Source: Octopus bimaculoides
Lineage: Eukaryota
NCBI RefSeq assembly: GCF_001194135.2
Contig: NC_068987.1
Coordinates: 90,845,284-90,892,564, forward strand
DNA: 47,281 bases
Direction: 5' to 3'
Shown one piece after another: positions 23,801 through 37,488 of this stretch; within the stretch, counting starts at the first letter, position 1, and each line of letters opens with the position of its first letter. The translations under genes and the position numbers were made by a program. Below the pieces are notes generated by a model. That model searched no databases, was not told the DNA's origin, and worked only from the letters and a program-made list of their open reading frames with translations.

Positions 23801-26800
23801 AAGTTGAAATGCTGCAGCAGGGCCACACTCCTTATTCCAATCTTGCAAACCACCTGCTTCTACTCAGCTTGGAGAGTGACCCAAGCATCTCATCACCATT
23901 ATCTCTTGCAGCCCCTAGTGAGCCTTTTCTTTCCCCTCCCCTTTCCCCTATTAGATGAGAGTAGGCATGCAGTCCCTCTTCAGGAACCTGCTCTACCCCC
24001 TCTCTGCATAGTAAACCCCCTTGTGCCCTAGCATGAGGTCGACATCCCCCACCTCTCCCAGGCCTTGTAGTCCTGGGAACTGCATGCTGACTGCTGCATG
24101 TAACAAAAAATGATGATGAAAGTGTAGGGTCAAGGCAACTGACCCCTAGCCTGCAAGTTGGCACCTAACACTGACGAGTCTAATGACAAACCAATGTGAA
24201 AAAAGAAATTAGGGATTTTATTAACTTGAATTTTTTTTTCTTCCATAAACTTTACCAGTTGAAGAGAAAGTGAAAACTTTAAAAAGACCCACTTACACCT
24301 TTGCTCACGGGGCTACCATCGTAAGTCTCGTAAGGACCAAATTTTTCAGCAAGTTCACAGCTCATCTCTAAGGAAGCAAAGTAGATAGTAGCAAAGATCT
24401 GTTTATTCAATTCTTGTGCTTCTTCGCTGTCAAACGGGTATCGCATTAGAAGGAAAGCATCGGCCAAACCTTGAACACCAATGCCAATTGGTCGATGTCG
24501 CATGTTGGATCGTTTTGCCTGGAAGAGACAAAGAAAAACACAAATACCAAACCATTAGTGAAGAGAGTCAAGATGTTTGGCCAGAGCAACGTTTAAGTCT
24601 TGATAAAACCTTTATCAGTGATGGTATGATGTCATGTCACCGCCGATAAAGGTTTATTAAGACTTGCTACATAAGACTTCAATCTCAGGAAAGTGAGTGT
24701 CGTGGAATCAAGTAGAAAACCAACAGACACTGATTTATTTCCCAAACATCAGGGTTTTTATAACTGCTGATATCTGAATTCTAAGAACCGTATTCGTGAA
24801 AGATTTCTCTTTGATGAAAGTTAGGATTTAAATATGGGCAGTAATTTTAACCAATGGAAAAACTAATAATTACACATATTCAGCTAACATGACCATGACG
24901 TCATATCCCCCACCGATAAAGGTTTAGTAAGACTTGCTACATTAACAGAGCGCTGAATGACTAAATCAAGGGAATGTTGGTCTTCTTGCTTGCAAACTCT
25001 GCCAAGGTCATCTAAGTATACTTAAGTACCAGGGGAAAGTACAGTTCTTTAATCCTTTAGCATTTAAATTATTCTGTCAAATGTAATATTTATTCACACA
25101 GTTTCAAGTAATCATGGCTTATTTCATATCTGAGATTTCAATGTGATTGTTTATCTTTTGAATGACATTGTAGAATAGGTGTGAGAGGCTAGATCTGATC
25201 AGTTTGAGCATAAAACGGGTAGAATATCTGGGCTGGATATGGCCAGTTCAAACACTTAATCAATAAATTAATACAGGTGTTTTGCTAGCTTTACTGATGT
25301 ACAGTTTTATATTTAAGAGATGAGGAATTATCTATATTATTTACATTTATCGGATATTTGTCCTCGTCTTTGTTAACACAACGTTTCAGCTAATATACCC
25401 TCCAGCCTTCATCAGGTGTCTTGGGGAAATTTCGAACTTGGGTTCTTATTCCTAAGGTATTTTTCGATATTATTAATATTATTATTCAGGTCACTGCCTG
25501 GAATCAAACTCAGAATTTTGGGGTTAGTAGCCCGCGCTCTTAACCACCACAGGCATATAGAGTAGTGGTTAAGTGTGCAGGCTACTAACTCCAAGACTCC
25601 GAGTTTGATTCCAGGCAGTGACCTGAATAATAATAACAACATCGAAAAATACCTTAGGAATAAGAACCCAGGTTCGAAATTTCCCCAAGACACCTGATGA
25701 AAGCTGGAGGGAAGCTGAAACAGTATGTTAACAACAAACAAGATGAGGACAAAAATGTAAATAATGTTTGCTAACATAATAATCCTGATTAAGCTTTTAG
25801 TCTGAAGAAGATAAAAATAAACACAGAAATACTATTATACAATAAATTGCTGGTAGGGACTGTATTTCATTTTGCAACAATAATATACTAAGAAGTATAT
25901 TAAAGGCTTCTCAGTCAATGCTGATCTACATTTTTGTGTTACCTGTGCAATTTAATCACTTTTAAGTCATCTCTACAGATTTTCTAAGAAGTTTAAGCAA
26001 TGCTGTCTCCCATCTTATTAACCCTTTTCTAACCATATTTCTATGAGATGCTGTGTTTATTTCAATTAATTTTTAACGTGACAAAGAATTTAGTAAAATA
26101 AGTTATTCAGCTGGTGTTAGGAACATAAATTGTGACTAAGGTTTGGTGGAAAATTTTAACTTAGAACTTTTGAAGGACAGTTTCAGCCGGTTAAAACCAA
26201 CTTCAGATGATTCTACAAGTAGAACCTCATAAGCTTTAAAAACACATTACTTAAGGAAAAAGATTGCTTTTACAAGTATCAAAAGTAAATTTTAAGTTTT
26301 TTTAATAATCATTATACAATTATTATTAGTATACACTAGTTTCCAGTCTTAAAATTTTAGCATTGTAAAATTTCAGCTGGTTTAGTCTAAATGTTGGTGA
26401 ATATTTAAGACCGTGTTGCAGATTAGGGGTAGAATTGGTTATAGAATCAGACAAAATATTTCTTAGTTCAAATCACACTGAGGCCCTTTTGCATTTTTTC
26501 CCCCATCCTAAGTTGATAAAATAATGGGGTTAATAAAGCTAAAATGCATGGTTTCAACACTTAAGACCAAAACCAGTCAAAAAATTCTACAGGAAGACAG
26601 AATTAGTAACAGTTCTACTGTAGCAAAAGAATATACATTAGCAGTGAGAAATGGAAGTTGGGTTGAGATACCAGTTATGTATTAGTGGTGCAGTAGTAAA
26701 TAGTAGCTGGGTTGGGTGTTGAGAAGAAAGGGCAGTGTTTGTTTAGGAAGGAACAGTAGTTAAGTGGGTTAGGGACCACCATTGCTGGTATTAGTGGGAC

Positions 26801-29800
26801 GGTTCAACAGGAGCTGGTATGGCTGGGGGCTGCACCAATGGAAAATTAAGATAGCTTACCTCTTCCACAGGATAACAGTTGGTGTCGATAATTTTGTTGA
26901 GATTTTTAACGATTACTTTGGTGACGGATTTCAATTTATCAAAGTCAAAAGTGCGATCTGGTCGAACAAACATATTCAACGCAATGGAAGCCAAGTTACA
27001 AACAGCCACCTGAAAAACAAGAAAATATCAATGCTATACATCATCGTTAAATGTCCGCCTTCCATGCTGGTTTGACAGGAGCCAGCCAGGCAGATGCCTG
27101 CACCAGGCTTCTGTGACTGTTTTGGCAAGATTTTTACTGCTGGATGCCCTTCCTAACACCAACCACTTAGGGCTTTTTACATGGCTCAAGCACAGGCGAG
27201 GTCAGTTTTGGAAGCCCTTCTGAACACAAATCACTTTACAGTGTGGACTGCATGCTTTTAAGTGGCACCTGCAACTGACAGGGTCAGCGAGTACTTGCAA
27301 GACAAAAATATATACATACATACACAGACACACCTTTAACATCTGTTTCCCATGCCAGTATGAGTTGGACCAACCCACATCTTTATATACACACACAAGA
27401 GTTGGCAACATTAATGAACAAAACGACTTACCTCATCTGGTGCCGTGTATTCAACAATTTCTGTACATAAATTACTGCATTTTATTGTCCCAAGGTTTTG
27501 TTGGTTGCTCTTGCGGTTACAAGAATCCTTGTACAGCATGTAAGGTGTACCAGTTTCGGTTTGAGCTTCTATAACTGCATACCAGACTTTCTGAGCTTTC
27601 AGAGTTCTTTTACCTTTACCAGCTTTTTCATAACTGATATACAAGTCTTCAAATTCTTTTCCCCAAACATCCGAAAGGCCTGGGCATTCATTGGGACACA
27701 TCAATGTCCAATCACCATTTTCTTCAACTCGTTTCATGAAAAGATCAGGAATCCAGAGGGCATAGAACAAGTCTCGGGCTCGCTGTTCATCCTTTCCTGT
27801 ATTCTTTTTGCAATCAAGGAAGTCAAAGATATCGGCATGCCAGGGTTCTAAGTAAATAGCAAAAGCTCCAGGGCGCTACAAGACAAATTATGTTGTAATA
27901 TTAATTATTTCCAACATAGAAAGGTTGCAAATGTTAGAGGAGGGGGGAGAGGTGAAGTATATTGATCTTGGTACTTATCAGAAATATGAAAAACTATGGT
28001 GACTTTGGCAAGATTTGAACCAATAATCCTTTTTATTATAAATGATGACACAAGGCCTGAAATTTTGAGGGAGGGAAGTAATCAATTACATTGACCCCAG
28101 TGCTCAACTGCTACTTATTCTATTGACCCCAACCCCCTAAAAAAAGTGTTTATGGCAAAGTAGACCTCGGTAGAATTCCAACTCAGAAAATAAAGATGGA
28201 TGAAACATCTGAGAGTATTTTAACTAATAAACGACTGTAATACAGGTAGGAGGCCAGAAATTCAGAGAGAAGGATTGTGTCACCATAATCAACCCCAGTT
28301 CTTGATTATATATCCCAAAGGAATGAAAGTCAGTTAACCCGAGAGAGAGATTTGAACTCAGAACCATAAAGACCTAAAACAAGGAATTGTTTTGGTTCTT
28401 TTTGCTTTTTGTTTTTTTTTTAAGAAGGTGGTGGGGGGCTCTGATTAATAATTTTCTTCCATTCATTGTTTAGCATCTGCTTCCCATGCTGGCGTGGGTT
28501 GGACAGTTTGNNNNNNNNNNNNNNNNNNNNNNNNNNNNNNNNNNNNNNNNNNNNNNNNNNNNNNNNNNNNNNNNNNNNNNNNNNNNNNNNNNNNNNNNNN
28601 NNNNNNNNNNNNNNNNNNNNCACCAGATTCCAATCTGGTTCGGCAAGGTTCCTACAGCTGGATGCCCTTCCTAACATCAACCACTCCAAGTGTACTGGGG
28701 GCTTTTTTCTTGCCAACGGCACGGATGCCATTGGGCATGACTACGGTCTCACTTGGCTTGACAGGTCAACACAAGCACGGTACATCGCAAAAGGCAGTGG
28801 TCACCTGTCACTGCCTCCACGAAGCCTAATGCTTGAAATGGTGCCTTTTACATGTCACCAGCACAGGTGCCAACCAAACCAATCATCTTCTCACTTGATT
28901 AAGGTCCATTCTCTCACAGGATCATCATTTTAACTTGTAAGGATTTTATTCAGGCAGATTTCAGAATTTTTATGGTTAGATGCCCTTCCTGTTGCTACCC
29001 ATTCCTCAATTTCAAGCAATTATGCTAAGAACTCAATACCAAAATTTACAGTTTATTTAAACGTAAATAAAGGACAATTCAGCTTTTGAAGAAAATACAA
29101 CATAAATAGTCGGCGCTTTTTACCATTTTTTCAGTCAACAATGAAAGAAGACAATCTACCAGACTAAAGAAATATCACAGAAAAGAAAGCTTTCATTGGA
29201 CAAAATCTCACTTGACATGCTAAAATTTGACAGCCAAATCTCCCCCAGATCCCATTCAGTTTTAAAAACAAAAGACACATTGAAAAGGACTCAACACCAT
29301 CTAACATGTTTGTGTGTGTATGTGCCTTGACGTCGATACTGCTTTGCTAGCAGTGGCATCGTTCAGGTCACCCATAAACACAAAACCTGATGGTGTCTTG
29401 ACATGGAAAGACGTGAGAATAAAGTACATAAAAATGAGGATTATGTCTGACCTGAGGCTAAACAGTAATTGTTTTCTTTTTAAATATTTCTTGGCAATTT
29501 TTGATTATTTTGCAAATTAATTAAAACACACAGACTATTGTTAGAGTTCGAAAAGGGTTAAATACCCACCTTGTTACCACCTTGGTCAACATATCTGGCA
29601 GTGTTATTAAAAACTCTCAACATGGGCAGTAAACCATTTGAGTTACCGTTTGTCTAATTGAAAGAAAGAAAAAAATATATATATATACATGCATTATTTT
29701 AAAGACATATTTATAGCTCTATATTTAAGAGATGAGAAATTATGTACATTATTTATATTTGACATATTTGTCCTCATTTTCATTGTTGTTAACACGTTTC

Positions 29801-32800
29801 AGCTGTTATACCCTCCAGCCTTCATCAGATATTTTAGGGAAATTTTGTACCTGGGTTCTCATTCATCAAAAAATACCTTAAGAATGAGAACCCAGGTTTA
29901 AAATTTCCCCAAGACACCTGATGAAGGCTGGAGGGTATATCAGCCGAAACGTTGTGTTAGCAACAAACAAGATGAGGACAAATATCTGTCAAATGTGAAT
30001 AACATATTTATAGTCACACAAAAAGGCAAGAATAGAGAAAACATCTTTTCATATTTAGTTACAAAACTCAACATTAAGAGTTCAAATTCTACTAATCAAC
30101 TTTGCGTTTCATTTCTATGCCAGCCCTCCCACAAGTAAGTACCAAATGTACAAAGAAGTTTCATTTAATCAACTCCATCCTCTGTAAATTTATTGCCCTG
30201 TACCAATGCAGAAGCAATAAAGGGTAGCCAATACCATTACTAATATCATCATGAAGAATTCTCCATACTAAACCGCTCCACATTAGAAACTACCAATATT
30301 ATTTACTCTGGCATCGATGTGGCTGTGTGGGTAAGAAGCTTGCTTCCCAACCAGATGGTACTGGTTTCAGCCTCACTTGAGCAAATGTCTTTTACTAGAG
30401 TTCCAAGCTGCAGTAGATGGAAACTGAAGGAAGCCAGTCGTGTGTTAGGCTAAATGATGGTTGTAAACGAGCATCACCCTCATACAAGCAACGCTGTGCA
30501 TTTTCTTGTTAAAACGAAAAAATATGTCCAGTCATGGGAAATACTGTTTTGCTTGGAACCTGGCAAGAGTTGACGACAGGAACAGTTTCTGATCACAGAG
30601 AATCTGCTTCGATAATTTACATTTGATCCTTGTAACCATGGAGAAGTGGATATTAAATGTGAATGACATTTATTTCCTATGGAGTGACCCTTAAGAAAAA
30701 AAAAGGGGGGGGGGGTCACCAGGCTGTTATAAAAGTTTTACTCAAACAAGCAAGAGAAAACAAGACTAAGACATGACCATAAGTTTAACATCGTCATTTA
30801 ACAATTTTCTTCCATGCTGGCATCGGTTGGACCATGGCACCTACAAACTAACATCAATTCCAATCATAGACGCTCAATTGTGGAAGGGTGGAACGTGTAG
30901 TCCAATCAACCTCTGTTATCTGACTTTGTGAAACCAAAAAGGATGAAAAGGTGTTGATATATTGGACGTAAAAACTTACACCAGCAATGTAGCTGCCAAA
31001 ACTGCGAATATTGTGTACATGCACACCAATTCCACCCGCATTCTTAGAAATGAGTGCGCACTGTTTCAATGTGTCGTATATACCTTCTATACTGTCAGAC
31101 TGCATTGCTAACAGGAAACAGCTGAAAGAAAAGCAGTAAATATAACAACAAATACTAACATGCTATCTTAAAGATAGTGTTCTGGAAATGACACAAGCTT
31201 TGATTATATCACGTCAACACAATGGCAAAATACATGAATCAAGCCAGGAAAGTAAATGACAGAGTTGAAAGTTATTGGAATGGAGGAATTCACTTGCTGA
31301 AATCCCTTCCTGCTCCTCACTCCTATTCACCAGATGCCTTGAGGGGGGCACCTGCACACCTCATATTCACAGCTCTAACTGAGCATTCTCATCCTCTTTT
31401 CTAAATGTAAGTAACCCTGCAGCTCCTCTACAAACACCTGCTCTACCTACCCCTTGTCTCCTAGCATAAGGTCCTTCCTCAGAAGCCAGTCTTGTGCTGG
31501 TGGCATGTAAAATGCACCCAGTACACACTGTACTGTGGTTAGCATTAGGAAGGGCAACCAGCCATAAAAACTATACCAAAGCAGACAGTGGAGCACAATG
31601 GCATTCCTTGGATCCATCAGATCCTGTCAAACTACCCAATCCACACCAGAATGGACCAGGGACATTAAACAGGGGAAATGCATAGCCCCCAGTCAACCAT
31701 ACCACTGCATACCATCTATGAAAGCTTTCCAGTTGAGATTATCTCACCTTTTCCTAATTATAAAACGATTTTACATACAATAGAATTAATAAAACAAGGT
31801 TTAACATTTGGCAAGTTTAAATTAGGAATACAATGACTTTTTTTTAACCTGTTGCAATTCACTGAACAAGGTCTCTGGTCAACTGGAAATGATCTAAGGT
31901 GACACAATGAATACTTTGGAAGTTTGTTGCCAAAGAGAAGATAGTAAGTGGTTGGAATACACGGCATTTCAAGACACAGAAATTCTACATGACCTCAGAT
32001 GACCAAAGGTGGTACCTATCACAGGTTCACCAGGTGGGTGTCTTACCTCTGATGGAGCAGAAACTCAACAAATAGAGAGAATTTCTCTCTCATCTACCTT
32101 TTTTAGGGTATACTGTGAAGGATAGGACAACTAAAAAACAGCATCATGCATGCGTGGGTCGTTGCCAGTGCCTCATGACGGGCTTCCCCATGCTGGTGGC
32201 ACATAAAAAAGAACTATCCGAATGTGGTCACTGCCAGTGCCGCCTGACTGGCTCCCATGCCGGTGGCACATAAAATGCACTCACTACACTCTCGGAGTGG
32301 TTGGTGTTAGGAAGGGCATCCAGCAAACACTGCCAGAACAGACTGAAGCCTGGTGCAGCCTCCTGGCTTGCCATTCCTCAGTCAAACCATCGAACCCATG
32401 CCAGAATGGAAAACGGACGTTAAACGAAATAGACAGGCATCCTGTTCAAGGAGAATGTGAGCCCTATAACTCAAAACACTAATGTCCAGGGGTTAACAAT
32501 AACCAATAGGCATTCTACACAGCTTGCTATCCTGAACTAAGTCCCACAAGGCCTGGGTAATTACATCAACAGTCCAATGGGTCATTCACCTGTATGTGAC
32601 CATTGAAGAGATCAACTTACCTGGACATTTGAGGACGATTTGTGCCAGAATTAAAGAGTGTTGGAGAGGCATGGGTGAACCATTTTTCAGACATCAGATT
32701 GTATGACTGAAGGAGAAAAAAAAAAAATTTGATTTAAGCCAGAAAACAAAACTTCAATTATGTCTTTTGTAAGCAACAGCAATTTCATTGGTCAAAGACT

Positions 32801-35800
32801 TCCAAATGATCCAAGCCTTTCATAAGAGAGGATTTCTGTGCAACTCAGGCAGAACACCACAAGGTATTCTCATTGAAATATCCCACTCTACTGGTTTCCT
32901 TTTTCATGTGCACATTTGTCACTGATCCATATCCATACACAAGTATTACCTTGGTTTTTGAACAACAATAAATCAGGAGATAGATTGATAGAGACAGACA
33001 GATAATATATTATAAAGCACAATTTATTTGCAATTAGATTTGTTCAAAAACTGAGGCTTATATAGACAGACAGACAGAGAGAGAGAGGAGAAAGATTGCT
33101 GATATAGCATAGCAGTTAAAAAGTTTGCTTCTCAACCATGTGGTTTCTGGTTCAGTTCCATTGTGTGACATTTTGGGCAAGTGTCTTCTATAGCCCAAGG
33201 CCTGCAAAAGCCTTGAGTGGATTTGATAGACAGAAACTGAAAGAAGCCTGTGTCTTCCTCTCTTGATATCACGTTAGTTGTAAACGAGATTCAAAGAAGC
33301 AATGTTATTCATTTACAGTCTTCTGTGAAGACATCTGGCCATGGGGAAACATTTCCTTGTTTGGAAACAAGCAAATGTTGGTGAGAAGAAGGGCATCTGG
33401 CTGCAGAAAATCTGCCTCATTAGAACAGATCCATGCAGGCACAGAAAAGTTGACATAAAAAAGATCACAAGTCAGGATGTCAGTTACCTTTTACCAAACT
33501 TTTCACATTCCTCTTGCTTTCTCTTTCACCTTACACTGTCGCCCTAAACTCATCCCAATATTCCTATACATTCTTGTCTGTAAATCCCCTGCCCCTTCCC
33601 ATCTTCTCAATTCCTTTTGTAGAACTATATTCCCATCTGGCCTCTAACCCTCTCTTCTTTCATTACAAACCTCACCTGAAATAAAAGATTCTCACATCTG
33701 CAATATAAAAGCCTCAAACGAACGCAGCAGCAACAATGGAAATTCCTCTTCAATGCTCTGTATAGTGATCAAACCATTCTGAGCAGCAGCCATTCTTCTT
33801 AGAGCTCTACTCAAAAGAATTATTTTAACTCTGCACTATTTCCAATGAAGGAGAAGTGAATTGTTTAAGCACTGTGTCTTAATCACATCCACAATACCAG
33901 TTATTAACTGGTTATCTGCTATACTATCCATTGAATCAAATGCCTTAAACCCAGTTGTATCTTCGTTAATCAGTTCTCATCAGATTTTAAAACAGTCAAT
34001 TAGGAAAATTTCCAAACCGAATCTGCAAGGACACCTTACCTCTATGGCAGCATTTATATCATCTTGGTGTATGCCAACTGCTACCCTCATCAACATGTGC
34101 TGAGGACGTTCAGCAACTAAAAAACAGATGGAAAAACATTTTAAAACTTTTACTTTATTGAAATCATGTAAACAAAAACATTACAGAGTAGTTGTGCAAA
34201 ATAACCCAGATATATTATTAGAGAAAAGCAAGGAAATTATCCCAGAATATATTGATTGGAAATTTTGAAACAGGGGGTGGGGTCGATTATATTGACCCCA
34301 GTGCTCAGCAGGTACATCTTTTATCAACCCTGAAAAGCAAAGCCGACCTCAACAGAATTTGAGCTCACAGTTAACAATTCAGTCAGCTCACCACATCCAA
34401 CAATATATTAGATGTTGTTCGCTTTACTAAAATAACCAACCCCCATTGTTAGATGAACAAAAATGACCATCACCCTTTACATTGAAACTAATAAACTACA
34501 CTTCACTTTAGAGGTGATACAATGGCTGTAAACACAAGAAGTGTGCCATTAGTGATGCTGGCATCTATAGTCCAAATTTTTTCAGATGGAGTAGACCCAT
34601 CATCAAAAGGATTCTAACGATCATCATCTCGAGCCAGACCCACCCACTTTTTTTTTTCTCAGAATATCAACATTATCCAAGGTATCTTTTTTTGAAGCTG
34701 GTTGGGTGCAGCTGATAGGGAATTGGTTGCTGTTTCTAGTAGGTCGAATAATGAGGTGTAGCCTTGTGACATGTTGTCACACTGATTTGACCTGGAAACT
34801 ACATTATGGAAATGTCTGTGGAATACTCAACAGAAGAAGGAATACCTTTATCGTTAATCTTCAGGAGGTATGACCGTTCCAATGTCTGGCAAAAAAAAAA
34901 AAAAAAAAATCAAATCTATTTTAGGATTGCAATAAATATAATAAACAACAACAAATAAAACCAACTACTTTTATGTAAGTTACACAAACATGTTCCATAC
35001 ATCCAGGGTGCAGTGGATAAACTTGTCTAAATTATGCAAAAATGAAAATAACACTGACGTCTCATTTAACAGATATATTTACCAAAATTACATTAAAATA
35101 TCTTGAAATACTAAAGAGTAAATTCACTCAATAAAATCGCCATTGGCTTCAACTACGGCCTCCAGATGACCACGGAATCTCCTGCAACTTTTCTGGACAC
35201 TCTCTTTGTTTAACCCCTTAGTGTTTAGACCGGCCGAAAACTATTCCCCTTTGTTTGAACCAACCAAATCAATGATTCCTCTACGAAATCTTAAAAAAAA
35301 AAATAAACAAATCACATTTTTGAATTGTCATAGCTTTGAAGACCTGATCCACTATGGCAGTCAACTGATACTGCAGAAATGTGAGCTTTTATCACTATAA
35401 ACATTATATTTGGTATCAAGCTTCCTTGATTATGGAATTACTGGAATCCTGATAAAGGTATGGTGATCCACATCTCTAGTAAGATGTCAAAGATGAGGTA
35501 TTCGAAAATATCTCAATATTTGCATTTAGTTGATTCCGCTAATGACCCCAGCTAAAACGACCCAAACTACGATCCCCTGTTTTTCTTCAATCATTTTGGC
35601 AGAACGTCTTGCCTGTGTAAGTACTTACATGTGCAGTAGCTAGGGGCAACCGCAAAGGTTTACTCCGTGAAATGAAAACAAAATTTAGAAAAAGAGGGGA
35701 CATTCTACAAATACGAAAACAAAATTTCTTAGCAACTTTATACAAAAACAAAAGACATATTTCGATCTGCTAATGAACAGCCTGGTGTTGGTGCCAAGGA

Positions 35801-37431
35801 GAAACCCCTGGTGAATACTTGCTATAATGAAAATATGGGTGGGGTTGACAAACCCAACCAGTATTGAGCATACTACCCAATTGGACGACCCGCAAAGAAA
35901 TGGCAGAAGTACATTTTGTGGTTTTTAGTGAATTTAACTATAGTTAATTCATATATTGTGTAAAAAGCCAAAAGGCACCTCCGCCACAAAAGGACAACGA
36001 CCATCTAACATCGCATCTCAGTTACATGAGAGCTTTTCTTCCAGAAAGCACAGAACTGAGGGAAAAGCAAAATTAACTAAGATGGATGTCAAGAGAAAAA
36101 AATATTGACTTCCATAAAGTGGAAAAGATAAATGGAAGGAAAAAAATTTGCAGACTGTGTTCGCTGCAAAAACAAGAAAAACTCCAAAAGGAGATCAGAT
36201 CTTGACCTCATCTATGTGTTCATTTTACAAAGTGCCCTTGGACAGGTTCACAATAGAAATATGGCATAACTATATTTTGTTGTTTGGTAGTAATACTATT
36301 ATATACTCCTTTCATTTTATTCCAAATAATGTGAAAGTGAGAAATACATATTAATTTTCAGTATGTTACACACCTGTATCACCTGTTAATGAGCTTTTTT
36401 TATTAGTTACATTCTGTTAAGTAAATATATTCATTAAATTGTATGAGTACATAGCCTATGGTATATTGACCAGAAAAAGAGTTTTGTACTTTATTTTCAA
36501 TGAAAATGTTTGAATGAAATATAAAGAAAAAAATCTTGTACCAATTATACCTGTATTTTAATTCAAATTAATTTTGAAAAGTGGCAAAATTGTTGGCAGT
36601 TAACACCTGGGATAATTTTAGTAATTAAACAGGTAAGATGCATTAAGAATTTCAGTTTTAGTGTTTATCTATAATGTTATTACTTAGACCTGTTAATTAT
36701 TGTGGACACCCCTCTTGAACCTGACTAATTTAAAATAACGAACAAATAAGTATTACATTTGACAGATTAATCTAAATACTAAAGCATTGAGTTGGTGAAT
36801 GCTGCCATAATCCTTGCGTTCAGTTGATCTTTGGTGTTACGAGGAGTTTTGTAGGTCTCTCGCTCAACTGTGCTCCACACATAATTAAGGTGGGTTGCAG
36901 TCTTGATAGTTAGGTAGCCAGATGTTAGGAGTGGTGTGGTCGCAGAAATTGTCTGACAGCCACGACTGGGTTCTCCTGCTTGTGTGGCATGGTGCAGAGT
37001 TTTGTTGCCAGACATAGGGTCTTCCAGTAGCCACCCTCTTGACTCAGGGCAGCACTACCTCCTCCAAGCACTTGACGTAGGCCTCCATGTTGAGTCTGAA
37101 GCCATGCAAGATGAATGGAGGCCTAACATCACTATCACGAGTGATCTCTCCAAACACCATGAGGTTGGCTGGCTGTTTGATTTTCATCAGTCTCAGTACA
37201 TATCCTCAGATTGAGATCTAAACACACTGAAGTGTTCCTATTGGAGCTTCCAGCACAAACGCCAAACAATACAGCTGGCCTTTCCCTAATTTCTGGCAGA
37301 GTGAATTGCAACTGACCCTACCATACTGTGTAGTTGACAAAATCAAAAACAATGTACATGTATGAAATAAGAAATATGAACTGGTGACAATTTACCCATC
37401 AAACCTTTGTGTGTATGTATGTATGTATGTA

Positions 37432-37488
<57 letters not shown>

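Noticed and set aside
26791-26859. Pro-rich in-frame read-through after RRM1 exon 12 ([22 protein letters not shown])
   Set aside because: The donor is a canonical GTAAGC; the C-rich low-complexity intron explains the composition
34837-34845. Donors GTATTCCTT (intron 6) and GTATATCTT (intron 5) as U12-type introns
   Set aside because: Both miss the RTATCCTT consensus at +5; treated as U2-type
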